Positions 11,790 through 23,594 are shown, numbered from the stretch's first letter. The stretch: 39,979 nt of DNA from Selaginella moellendorffii (GCF_000143415.4 NW_003314286.1:1962082-2002060), one strand, 5' to 3'. The notes: generated by a model not told the origin, from the sequence alone. A program made the numbers and translations.

Positions 11790-14700
11790 ACTCCACCACC
11801 CATATACGAAGTTCGATGTCCTCATCGAACGGTAAACCCTTTTATAAAGTAAAGTAGGTATTACCATTTCCATCCTTGGCACCTAGCCAATATTTGTCTA
11901 TGGTTTGACCCCGAAGGCTCACCATGCCCTGTCCATCCTCTAAGGAGCATAGTCTCTCCAACATAGAGACTCACCCGACCACCTAAGGTGGTTTGCTCAC
12001 TTTTATTGGTTTAGTTCTTGCTAAACCCGTTAGAGACACCCTCTCTAACTCAATTCCACTACTCATTTTCGAGTAGTCTCAGATTCCATTGACATAACCT
12101 CTGCACTTTGGAACTTTTAATTTTGACTTCTCCGAGTCAATTTCCTAGGTGTCTCTGACACCTTACGTTGCACATGGTGCAACTCCACTTCCCTATCTTA
12201 GGAAGTTCTTTACTTGAGGGTACCATCATCCTCTCTTCGATATCATGCCACCTTTGGGCACTAAGTTCCAATTATCATAATTGGTGATAGGGCTGCCCAC
12301 GGCCTTATTATTTGGCTACCTTACCGCTCCCCCCTTTTGAGCATCCACTTTCGCCAAATCGGGGCAGTTGGGAATCCATCCTTGGGGAAACATTGCCTTT
12401 CCCACAATCTATTAGCACCTAACACATTAGTGTTCTAACTTTGCCATTTGGATTCTTTCCCATGATTCCCATGGCTCTTTTCTTAGCCACTAGTCTTTTG
12501 CTCCTATCCTTGATTGTTGCACTCAGCAACATAGGATCGCTACCTCCATTTTTTAAGTTTCTTTTCGGTTCCATAGCAAACACTTTGCTTTGCCAAGTCC
12601 AGAGGGTGTTCACCCCTAATACGTCTCTTTAACATTTTATGTCGTGGGCTCTATCCATGGCCCAACTTTTTGAGACCTTCCCTTGGATCTCTTATAAAGA
12701 CTACTTTCCTTGGACTTACTATGCCATAGCATTGACATATCTCCTTTCCCTTAGGTGTTCTTCCCACTTGGTCACCTCGATCAAGCCACACCTTTATCAA
12801 TAGTTCAAATCAACACTTTAAACTAAGAATCATATTCCTTAACCCAAACAAAGACTTTGTCCTTGTTTAGCCATAAAATCACCTAGTGATCTCATCTTGA
12901 CCCCTTAATAGGCCTATCAATAGGAACTAGGTCTTCCAGACCCTTCTAAGTTGTTGACTATGACCCCGGGGGCATCCCCCACACTTGGCGGTGCGCCCAA
13001 GCCAGCCCTTTTGGCCAAGGATCCATAGCAACTGAGACTTGGGTGTCCCCATCTCATTTACCACGTCCTTGGTGCCCTTTGCACCAAAGTGTTCAAGTTA
13101 GATATGCCGAGTTTTCACTCTAAGCAATCTAACCGTGCATCACGACTTCGAGGCATCCCTCGCTTGGCGGTGTGCCCAAACCTGAGAGTCCATGACCACT
13201 GAAATATGAGTGTTCTTATATTCCAAACCATCACCATGCCCTAGTGATTTGGGACTCGAACCCAAGCACTAGAGGGTTGGGACTCGAACCCAACCTCCGT
13301 ATATGCATCTACGGACGGCATCACCCTAGATGCCTGGCGTGACTCCCCACACCGGTGCACCAACTTATACTTAAAGCGCACTATAGATCACAGCTTAGGA
13401 ACCTAGTTCCTCTGCACTGCCAAGTCCTCTCACTTGATAAGTCTGTGATCATGCATGGACTCCTCCATGCTCGGCCCCATGGGCCACCCCTTTGAAGTTA
13501 GCACTTTTAACTAGGGGATTTGTTCCCCTAACTTGCCAATCTCACTTAGCAAGTCATCCGGCCATCGTAACATGGTTCATGCATAAGCGTGAAAGTCCTT
13601 AATCATTGACTTTCGTTCAAAGCCCTCTCTTTGAACACTTGGGAACTACTTCCCCAACCTTGATAGTCTCGCCTCATGGCCAACTTCAAGACCACGCTTC
13701 TGCTATGCCAGAACCATTTATACTTGGCTTTCTAAGTACTTATCTACCTAGAATTGTCTTTGGGAACCTTCAAGGAACTCTGTTCCTTAGCTTGCTAAGG
13801 CTTCTCCTTTGCAAGCTCTCTACTCACCACATGGTCTAACATGGATAATTCCACATTTTAGACTCTCCATGGCATTGCGGTTGCTAGTAGTAATATCCTT
13901 GAGCACTCTCTTGATTCTCCACTCCCAACTTGCATAACCACTGTTGGTTATGCCCTTCGATTTCTATGGTTCCATTCCATCCCAATATTACTTGCCCTTT
14001 GGCCTCATATGTTTCCCTTGGTTATTCTCCTCTAGACTAGGACGATAGCTTTGCACTTTTTACCATGCCTTAGCAAGTATTCATAGGGATGAACTTACCC
14101 AATAGCTTAGGGATTGGTTCCTCAATCTGACCATGCTCACCTTATAATCCCACACACCGGGATTTACGTTGTTACTTATAGGCCTCTATATGCCCATCAC
14201 TAGCTTTGCCAAAATCCCATTTTTGGCTTTGTCCAAATCGGGTAGACGGATTTCTCCCATCTTCAGAAACTTGAACATTTGGATAGCACCTCCTATCCAT
14301 CATTCGCTAAGGACTTAGTCTCTTGGGCCTTATCTAATGCCCTTGCGACACCAAACACCACTTCCTAGTGTTTTCAGAGTGTTTGAGTGTCCCAATGATG
14401 GCCTTTTTTGGCAATGAGCATTCCCTTTACGACATTGACTTACTATTTCACAACATAAGCAATTTCTCCCCCATAAGGGTATATCTAAATTCCTTATCCC
14501 CATAAAAAGTCTTAGGTAGATACCTTTTACCAATTTAATCAATTATTTCGCACATTTTGCTTAGTTGCCTCATAGTTATCAAGTCCTACAACTCATTGCT
14601 AGTGCTCTCACACCTCCATCATTATTTGGGTCACCACACTCTAACCACATGCCTTCCAGCTTAGGCTATGCCATTCCCATTTCCGTTGGGATTCTCTTGG

Positions 14701-15812
14701 CAAAGGGTTCTTATAAACCCACCAATATAACCTCAAGGTATCTCTCCTTGGCACATTTGGTGTCTCCACACCATTGGCCCCACAACCCTATCCTTATGAC
14801 ACTACTTTTAGTGTCTAGGTCTTTGCCAAGACCAATATGGTTGTTCCTCATGCTAACTATCCGTTAGCATCGCACCATAGTGTTTGCACCCAACTCTGGG
14901 CCAAAGTTGCTTTTTTTTGGGAACATCTTTCCCACAACTTTAGTATGGCACATTTTGCCATAAATGAGATACTTACTATTCTCATACTTGGATCTTATAT
15001 TCCTCCCCATACCTCATGGGGCACCATACACCTTAGTCCAAATGCTTCAATCAATCTCTTAGGACCATTCCATGACTCCACTTGAGTCATATAGCATTTT
15101 GGACTTTGCAAATCCAACAACCTGCAAGGTCTTAGTCTTTGAGATGCCAATTTGCTAGAGTACAACTTCTTGTATTCATGTCCTACTCACAAAGACTATC
15201 TTTGCAAGTGTTACTCCGACACTTGATGATTTTCTTGGGGTTAACCTTTGCCCCTTAGGACTACTTGTCCATGTGATGAAAATAGCAACTCATCTTTAAG
15301 TACACCCCCAACTCCTTGGGTTGTTCCAGCATTTATTAGAGGTAGCGCCGGCTACCATTTCAAGGACTGGTGTCCTCTTTTATATTTGACCTCTTACGGT
15401 CAACAATTCCGGTCTCAAATTTATGAGTACTAGCCTCAACCATATAAGGGTAATTTTGTGACTCCTTTATTGTTTTGGAGTTTGCATCTTTCCTGTGATC
15501 CCAACTTTAGTTGTTTACCACAACTACATTAGCTCGTTTTCTACGTCAAACTCTCATCTGGATCACATTCTCGGCTCTCTGAGGAAACCTTTATACTGTT
15601 CCCAAGATCCCAAAGTTGTTCCCTTACTGGCCCTTTTCCATCCACCATATCGTGCACAAGTTCACGCATGAACTTGAGTGGAGAGCCATGTCCTCTCGAC
15701 ATGCTACTCCTCGAGGATAGGTCCATATCTAGGACCTTCCAAATCCAATACAAGTGGTGATATACTTGGCCACCAATAAGAGTCAGACTGAGGAACAGCT
15801 CCGATACCAAAT

Positions 15813-17514
15813 TGTAAGCGACTAATTTTTCCATTCTACTTTAGTCACTTAACCACACCTCCAACCACTTGGAGGAGTCTCATTCACAACCTCCATAAGT
15901 CCAATTCAGGACTTGGGACTTGCTAGCCCCAAGAATGGCATCCATGCCACTCCACCCTTGCACCTGGTCCAAGTGCTCCACGTGTTCGATCCCATGACCG
16001 ACACTCAAAGGTACCACCGACATAGCAGCTTGTTACACGAAGGCCATGCCCAATCACCTTTGCTGCACTAGTAGTCCAATACCACTTGCAACACAGTCTT
16101 GTCTCTCCAAGACTGGGCCAACCATTCGTGAGTGGTCATCCCAAATCCACTCCTTAGCATCCTTAGGATGCCCACCGACAAGGGGAACAGCCTTCCCCAA
16201 TATCCCTCTGTCTATCCCCACTAAGTCCCTTTCTGCCCTTGGCCATGTTTGCCAACACTGCCATTGGATCGAGGCCCACAGGCCTGACCACTAAGTCCCA
16301 TGGTCCTCTGGGACTTCCTCACCACGTGACTGTATCCTTGGCCACCACACCAAAGGATTGTTCCTTTTCCTTTCCACAGTCTGGGACCTTGGGACAACAC
16401 TTCGGAACACCGTGGCCTTACACGAGCCACCTGGGTACTCTCCCTGCCTTCCACCTTTGGGTGCTCTAGCCATGGGCTTAGAGCGAGGTTCCATTGAGCC
16501 ACACTTGGTATCCAAGTAGGTAGTGCCACCCACACTTGGACTGGGAGCATCGGCCAGTTGATCTCCCGGGGGAACTAGAGTTGGCTCTTGAACACTTCAC
16601 CAAGCTACCCCGCTTGTCGGTCCGTATTCACTCTAGTTTTGGACTTCCCAGTGGTCAGTTCATCACCCAACACTGGGTCTGGCCTTCCTGGGCCAAACTG
16701 GCCTTTCCTGGCCAAACTGGCTCCATTGTAGTCCTCCCCCTTACTATACTTTTGGAGCTCACCAAACCCCCCAGGGTCTGGGAGACGAACGCTTTAGGCT
16801 TTTACCCTCTCAGACTCGAACTCGGACTCGGACTCGGACTCAAACTCGGACTTGGACTCAGACTCGGGCTCGGTCTCGGCCTCCGCCTCAGTCTCGATCC
16901 TGGTCTCGGTCTCGGTCTCGATCTCGGTCTCAACCTCGGACTCCATCTCTGGTCCTTCTTGGACTCCATCTCGGATTCCATCTCGTGTCCATCTCGGACT
17001 CCATCTCGGACTCTGTCTCGGTCCATTTCAGACTCCATCTCGGACTCCATCTCGGACTCCACTTCGGACTCCATCTTGGACTCCATCTTGGACTCCACCT
17101 CGGACTCCATCTCGGACTCCGTCTCGGTCCATCTCGGACTCCACCTTGGACTCCACCTTGGACTCCACCTCGGACTCCACCTCGGACTCCACCTCGGACT
17201 TCGTCTCGGTCCATCTCAGACTCCGTCTTGGTCCATCTCGGACTCCATCTCGGACTCCAACTCGGGTCCATCTCGGACACTTCCACGTGTCATGTGTTGG
17301 TCCTTTTGGGTCCCTTTTTTTTTTGGAGCCTCGCTTATTGCTCGCTTCGTGCTTGTTCCTCGAGCACTTTGTTGGGAGTTCCACTCCCGATCTCGACCTT
17401 TCAAATCGGAGCTTTTAGTCCAAACGTGTTACGCTCGTTTGGCTTTCGATTCGGCCACTACCACGTGGCACCCTTCTGGCTCCACTTTGGGGCCTAGGGA
17501 ATTTGTGTCTCACA
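15813..17514 (-). repeat. 5' LTR of element B (1702 bp)
   Basis: Adjacent to the PBS; longer tandem array at about 16811-17278. Confidence 0.93.
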
Positions 17515-19961
17515 GTAGCCAAAGCACCGATGAGGTACTTCGACAAGCGAGAGTCGAAGTAGGGACTTGGAAGGTGGACATGGATTTCATCGTGTTGGAC
17601 ATGGCAGGATTTGACGTGATCTTTGGAATGGATTGGTTCAATCGGTTCATAGTAGCCCTGCATGGACAAGGTAGAAACCTTGTGGTACTGGCGAATGCCC
17701 AAGGAAGAAGATCTAGGGTGGAGGCCCAGGATCTAAAGGTAGGGCAAAGCAAGGCCAAAGATTATTGCCTAAACCTGGTGTCCACGAGAAGACAACTCAC
17801 TAAAGGAACTAAGGTAACCTTTTTGTGCTTGCTCTCGGTGAAGAGTGACAAAAAGACAGGAACGGAAGAAGTACCTTTAGTGATCTAGCGGGTGTTGGAC
17901 CGATTCCAGGATACCATGCCGGAGGAGCTACCGGCGGGGTTGCCCCCCGCACGACCGATAGAACATAAGATTGAGTTGGTCGAGGGTGCTGAGGCGGTGA
18001 TTTGTCCCCTCTATCGTTTGAACGAAAAAGAACTCAAGGAGTTCAAGTGCCAACTAGAGGAGTTGGTGGACAAATGGTATGTTAGGTTGAGCAAGTCGCC
18101 GTATAGGGCGCCGGTGTTATTTGTGAAAAAGAAACATGGATCTATGCGCATGTGCATAGAGTACTGGTTGCTCAACAAGTATACAAAGAAGAACAAGTAC
18201 CCTTTGCCCAGGATTGAGGACCTGTTTGATAAGTTGGGAAAGGCAAAATACTTCTCGAGGATTGACCTAAGGTCAGAATACTACCAAATCAGGGTAGCCG
18301 AGGAAGATGTCGAGAAGACAACTTGTCGAACAAGGTATAGGAGCTTTGAGTTTCTGGTGATGCCCTTTGGGTTGTGCAATGCGCCGGCAACATTTTCAGC
18401 GTTGATGAACCATATCTTTGTACCCTATCTGGATCACTTCGTGGTCGTCTATATTGACGACATCCTGATCTATAGCGAGACACTAGAGGAGCATGCCAAA
18501 CACTTGGCGAAGGTGTTTGAGAAACTAAGGAACACAAACTGTATGCTAAAGAGAGTAAATGTGACTTTTCTCAACAAGAGGTAAAGTTTCTCGGGCATGT
18601 GGTGGGCCAGGACGGGCTCAAGGTGGACCCGGAGAAGGTCCAAGCGATCCAGGAACGGGAGCGACCATCGAATGTACATGAGTTCAGGGCGTTTTTGGGG
18701 CTATGCAACTACTACTGAAAGTTTATTAGACACTATTCGAGAGTAGCCTTGCCCTTAATGGACCAAACAGGAAAAGGGAAGATGGTATGGACAGCGGAAT
18801 GCGAAGTGGCATTCGTCCACCTCAAAGGAAAGTTGAGGAAGGCTCCCGTGTTGGCATTACCAGACTTTGGTAAGGACTTTGAGGTAGAAATGGATGCTTC
18901 GGACTTTGCATTGGGCGCAGTTTTGAAGCAAGACAACTATGCAGTAGCGTTCTTCTCGAAGAAGTTGGACAAGGCTCAAAGGAAGTGGCCTGCCCATGAG
19001 AAGGAATTGTTTGCGGTGGTCAAGGCGCTCAAGGAGTGGCAACACTACCTTGGGAGACACTTCAAGGTTTACACGGACAATGTGGCAACGAAACACTTCT
19101 TGTCACAACCCGACATGAGAGGGAAATAGGGTCGGTGGGCCAATGCCTTGGCCGAGTTTGATTGCGAGATTCTGTACAAGCCTGGGAAAAGCAACATCGT
19201 GGCAGATGCACTGAGTCAAAAAGCGAGCTTGAAGTTGGCGATATCCAGTGCGACAGCAACCTTTTGGGACGATGTGCGGACAACATATGAGAACGATGGT
19301 CTAGCACAAGAAGTGTTGCTAAGGAATCTAGAGGCAAGGGAAGCTCACCAGAGAAGTGAGCTACCAACGGAAGAGAAAACGGGCTATGCGGAACGCAACG
19401 GACTCATCTATTTCAAGCAAACAAGGGTGTATGTTCCAGAAGGGGAACTAAGGAAGGTGGCCTTAGAAGAGTGTCATGATAGACCTCTTGCGGGACACGG
19501 CGGAGTGCCCTAGACGATGGGCTTACTCAAGAGGAAGTACCATTGGCCAGATATGGCTAAGGACATCCAAGACTATGTAAAGACATGTCCAACATGTCAG
19601 TAGGTCAAAGCCGTGACTAAGGCTAGTGGGGGCTTGTTGCAAAGCATCCCAATTTCAGATCGTCCGTGGAAATGTCTTACGATGGACTTCATTACGGGAC
19701 TCCCCCCAAGCGAGGGGTTTGATGCGATATTCGTAGTGGTGGATTGATTTTCGAAAATGGCACATTTCATGCCCACCACAACGGAAGTGGATGCGGAAGG
19801 TGTGGCGAAGCTATTCTTCAAACAAGTGGTTCGAGTGCGGGGAAGGCCGGAAGAGATTATCTCAGATCGAGATAAGATCTTCACTTGTAGGTTCTGGAGG
19901 ACTCTCTTGGAACAGTATTGCACCAAGTTGAAATTCAGCACAGCCTATCACCCACAGACAG

Positions 19962-20008
19962 GTATTGGGTATTAAGTCAAGTCTGATGGCACTAACACTT
20001 CTTGACAG
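19962..20008 (+). other. Predicted 47-nt spliceosomal intron 1 in the integrase core
   Basis: ACAG|GTATTG...ACTAAC...TTGACAG|AC. Splicing yields HPQT-D-GQTERVN and exact D(35)E spacing. The same 47-nt GT..AG insert lies in Z at 22680-22726 (minus). Confidence 0.88.
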
Positions 20009-20426
20009 ACGGACAAACGGAAAGGGTGAATAGGCAGCTGGAGGATTATTTGCGATGCTATGTCTCAGGAGACCAGACCAATTGGGTAAGTCATTTGGGA
20101 CTTGCGAAAATATATTATAACAACTCATCACATTCGAGTATCGGGGTGAGTCCATGGGAAGTCATCAATGGGCGAGCTATTGAAGGTCTTGTGGAACTCG
20201 GCATGGCCGAGTATCATGGAAAGCTACCCGCAATAGAGGCATTCACGGTGGAAAGACTCGACATTTGGAATCTAGTGAGGGATTCCTTGGAACAAGCTCA
20301 ATAAAGGCAAACCAAGTACACAAATCAGAAGCGCCGGGACGTAGAGTTCCAAGCTGGGGAGAAGGTGTGGCTGAACACCAAGAACCTCAAGCTACCACGT
20401 GGGATCAGCCAAAAGTTGACCCAAAG

Positions 20427-20478
20427 GTAAAAATGCATATATTCCTATAAATGAATTGATCTTGAGTTCCTTAAGCAG
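20427..20478 (+). other. Predicted 52-nt spliceosomal intron 2 just before the integrase GPY/F motif
   Basis: CAAAG|GTAAAA...TTAAGCAG|GTTC. Splicing yields SQKLTQ-R-FAGPYEI. A homologous 51-nt insert lies in Z at 8516-8566 (minus, acceptor decayed to AA). Confidence 0.85.
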
Positions 20479-20995
20479 GTTCGCGGGGCCTTACGAGATT
20501 GAGGCACGACTCGGTAAAGTGGCTTACCGATTCCAACTTCCTCGAGAGATGGGGAAGATGCACCCAGTGTTCCACGTGAACTTACTCAAGCCATACTTTG
20601 AGGATCCGCTTCGCAAGGACCAAGTAGGACCTTTACCTGAGGTTATCTAAGGGGAAGAGGAATACAAAGTCGAGGCCATGCTCAATGTGCGCAAGAGCAA
20701 GTGACAAGGACGCGAGGTGAGAGAGTTCCATGTGAAGTGGAAAGGATTTCCACACTGCGAAGCAACATGGGAACCGGAGGAGAACCTAGCGAATGTGCGA
20801 TATCTAGTGAAGGAATTTCTGCAAGGCAGAACTCTATATACTTATGCAAAGTTTAATTAAAGTATCAATTTGTGAAGTTGAGCACTGGCATATGTTGGGA
20901 CCCGAAGGCGCGCCGAAGGTAAGCTAATTAGCATGGGTTAGCTAGGTCGACCAGGCATAGGGCACTACACCCGACTCCCCGCGGGGATGTCAAAT

Positions 20996-21198
20996 TCGTA
21001 GACGTATTCTACGGAGGTTGGGTTCGAGTCCCAACCCCCTAGTAAAGCAAGGCTAGGTTCAAGTCCCAACCCTATACTAGGGCATGGTGAGATGAGGAGT
21101 GTAGGGACACCTATACTCCGTTGTCATGGGCTCTTGGCCGGGGAGGCTAACTTAGGCACACTGCTAAGTGAGGGGATGTCCCCGGAGACATGGTCAAC
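20996..21198 (+). other. Conserved structured cis-RNA cassette in A's 3' UTR (two T-arm-like hairpins, GACA-loop hairpin, 4-way junction)
   Basis: Homologues in C (27968-28340), B (about 12953-13315, minus), D (about 32039-32413) and Z (about 7836-8000 plus 277-301, minus), with compensatory stem changes. Confidence 0.7.
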
Positions 21199-21261
21199 AA
21201 GTTGTAAGATAAAAGGAGACGTTCAATAAGGGCATTGAACTTCTTCTATGGGTGGTGGAGT

Positions 21262-22267
21262 TGTAAGGAACCAACTCCGAGTTCGAGACCGAGTTCGAGA
21301 CCGAGTTCGAAATAGAGTCTGAGATCCAAATCGGGTCCGAGACCGAGTCCGAGGTCGAGTCCGAAGTCGAGTCCAAGATCGGGTCTAAGATCGAGTCCAA
21401 GATCGAGTCCGAGACCGAGTCCGAAGTCGGGTCCAAGATCAAGTCCGAGATCGAATTTGAGACTAAGTCTAAATACTAATACGGGTCAAGGGGTGAAAGC
21501 CCAAAGCGTGCATCTCCCAGGGGAAGGGGGGCTGCAGGGGGTTCCAAAAGTATAGTAGGGATAGTGAGGTTCAGGAACCAGTCTTGAAGGAACTCTCCAG
21601 TGGGGTTTCCAAACTGACTTGAGGTTGAGACTGGGGCGGAGGGGCCTTGGGTGGGAGTGAGCATGGGCTTCAGTGGTGCCGAAGGGGCCACCCAGGGAAG
21701 TGCTCAAGAGCAACTCCCACTCCCGAAAGGGAAACCGACTACGATGCTCCCGGCTCATGTGGAGTGGTGCCCCACTTGAGTACCTTGTGGCTCATTGGTC
21801 CTCGCCCTTCCTAAGGGCTTGGGCCTTCCCTTTGGGATGGAAGTCGGGGGGTAGAGGTACCCATACCGGGCCATTAGGTCACGGTGTTTCGCCCCAATGT
21901 CCCAAAGCAAGTGTTGCATCCAAGGCTTGGGATTTAGAGGGTCCCATGATCAAGTCTTGTTGTACCAAGGGGTATTAAGAACCTGGAGGCTTGGTGTGCT
22001 TGGCTGCTTGTGCCTGTGGGGAGTGTAGCCGAACCTTAAGTCCAGTCTAACTCGGGGAGGGGGATTGGGAGAGATTTGGGAATCCGTAGATGGATGGCTA
22101 ACACTCCGTTGCTCGTGCAGCAAGTAGCTGAAACCAAGTAGGACCAAGTAGGAGCTGGTACAATAAGCGGGAACCTTGGCGAGGGAACTTAGCACAAGCC
22201 GAGGCAATGTTGGTCGGATAGATGAAATAAGCTGACAAATTGGAAAAGAAAAATTTTGTGGCTTACA
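21262..22267 (+). repeat. 3' LTR of element A (1006 bp, native family LTR)
   Basis: Follows PPT TATGGGTGGTGGAGT. Runs TGTAAGG...GCTTACA then TSD GTCAA. Hexamer-based array at about 21275-21470 and TATA-like GTATAGTA near 21550. Confidence 0.9.
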
Positions 22268-23264
22268 GTCAACTTCTAGCTGATCCCACTTGGTAACTTT
22301 TGGTTCCTTGTGTTTAGCCACACTTTATCCCCAAGTTGGAACTCTACATCCCAACGATTTTAGTTTGTATATTTAATTTGCATTTGTTGAGCCTGTTCCA
22401 AGAAATCCCTCACTAGAGTCCAAATGTTAACTCTTTCCACCGTAAACACCTCCACTGTAGGTAACTGTCCATGATACTTGGCAACACCGAGTTTTACAAG
22501 ACCTTCAATAGCTCACCCATTAATGACTTCCCATGGACTCACCCCGATACTTGAATGTGGTGAGGTTTTATAACACATTTCCACAAATCACAAATGACTT
22601 ACCCAATCAGTCTTGTCTCTAAAAACATAGCATCACAAATAATTGTCCAACTGTCTATTCACCCTTTCTATTTGTCCATCTGTCAAAAAGTGTTATTACC
22701 ATCAAACTTGACTTAATAGCAAATACCTATCTATGGGTGATATGCTATGCTGAATTTTAGCTTAGTGTGATATTGTTTCAGGAGAGTTCTCCAGAACCTA
22801 ATAGTGAAGATCTTATCTCCATTTCAGATAATCTTTTCTGGCCTTCCCTACACTTGAACCACTTGTTCGAAGAACAGCTTCACCATACCTTCCACATCCA
22901 CTTTTATTGTGGTGGGTATGAAATGTGCCATCTTCGAAAACTAATCCACCACCATAAATATCACATTAAACCTCTCACTTGGGGGGAGTCCTATGATAAA
23001 GTCCATTATAAAGCATTTTCATGAATGATTTAGAATTTGGAAGCTTTGTAACAAACCCTCAGTAGCCTTAATCATGGTTTTGACTTGTTGACATGTTGGA
23101 CATGTCATTACATAGTCTTGAATGTCCTTAGCTATGTTTGGCCAATGATACTTTCTCTTGAGTAAGCCTATTATCTTGGGCACTTTACTATGTCTTACAA
23201 AAAATCCATTATGACACTCTTCTAAAGCTACTTTCTTTAGTTCCACTTGTGGAATATACACCCT
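22268..23264 (-). pseudogene. Z integrase N-terminal and core region, degenerate, with intron 1
   Basis: RVYIPQVELKKVALEECH...YHWPNIAKDIQDYVMTCPTC; collinear with A about 19424-20420. Confidence 0.88.
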
Positions 23265-23594
23265 ATACAAAACACTCTAAAATACTAGGGAGTGGTGTTT
23301 GGAATCATGAGGGCACCAAATAAGGCCCAAGGGACTAAGTCTTTAGCGAATAATGGATAGTAAGTGCTATCTAACATCTAAGGTTGTGGAGGCAAGAGAA
23401 GTTTGTTTATCCGAATTGGACAAAGCCAAAAAGGGATTTTAGCATATCTAGCAATACACATAAAGAGGCCCATGAATAATGACATTAATCCCGGTGTGTA
23501 GAATTACACGGTGAGCATATCCAAATTGAAGAACCACTCCCTAAGTTATTGAGTAAGTCCATCCCTAAGAATATTTGCTAAGGCATGGTATAAA

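Larger units (their letters stand above)
10295..17514 (-). mobile_element. Element B: non-autonomous LARD-like LTR element inserted in A's protease
   Basis: TSD GTAGC (10290-10294/17515-17519). LTRs 15813-17514 (5') and 10295-11789 (3'). Minus-strand PBS TGGTATCGGAGC just left of 15813 and PPT just right of 11789. The roughly 4 kb interior is non-coding and homologous to C and D. Removing B restores IEFVQGS-QSTDEVL. Confidence 0.95.
17520..20860 (+). pseudogene. pol: pol of element A: protease C-half, reverse transcriptase, RNase H, integrase (two introns), chromodomain
   Basis: Protease [44 protein letters not shown]. RNase H MDASDFALGAVL, HEKELFAVV, VYTDN. IN H-H-C-C zinc finger, [30 protein letters not shown]...HPVFHV. 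Chromodomain EYKVEAML...FHVKWKGFPHCEATWEPEENL. Scattered stops and a 1-bp frameshift near 18530. Confidence 0.95.
8578..22267 (+). mobile_element. Element A: full-length Ty3/Gypsy chromovirus (gag-PR-RT-RH-IN-chromodomain) with non-matching LTRs, interrupted by element B
   Basis: TSD GTCAA on both sides with host Z continuing across it. TGTAAG...CTTACA termini, iMet PBS 8808-8819, PPT 21247-21261, and Gypsy domain order. Confidence 0.93.
1..23264 (-). mobile_element. Element Z: old, truncated minus-strand copy of the chromovirus A family, surviving as 1-301, 7835-8577 and 22268-23264; host of E and A
   Basis: The reverse complements of the three pieces are collinear with A's integrase, 3' UTR, PPT and 3' LTR start. 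They rejoin across TSDs ACTTA (297-301/7835-7839) and GTCAA (8573-8577/22268-22272). Homology stops at about 23264, so gag, RT and the 5' LTR are missing. Confidence 0.88.

Noticed and set aside
16536-17888. 450-aa ORF ending in protease-like sequence
   Set aside because: Chance in-frame fusion of B's antisense LTR with A's protease C-half at the insertion junction; it has no ATG start.
18520-18545. Programmed frameshift or third intron in RT
   Set aside because: A single-base loss (KLR-EHKLYAK) explains it; no slippery heptamer or GT-AG insert.
21016-21072. tRNA gene or tRNA-derived SINE
   Set aside because: Only T-arm-like hairpins are present, with no recognisable D-arm/A-box, acceptor stem or tail; treated as a cis-element instead.
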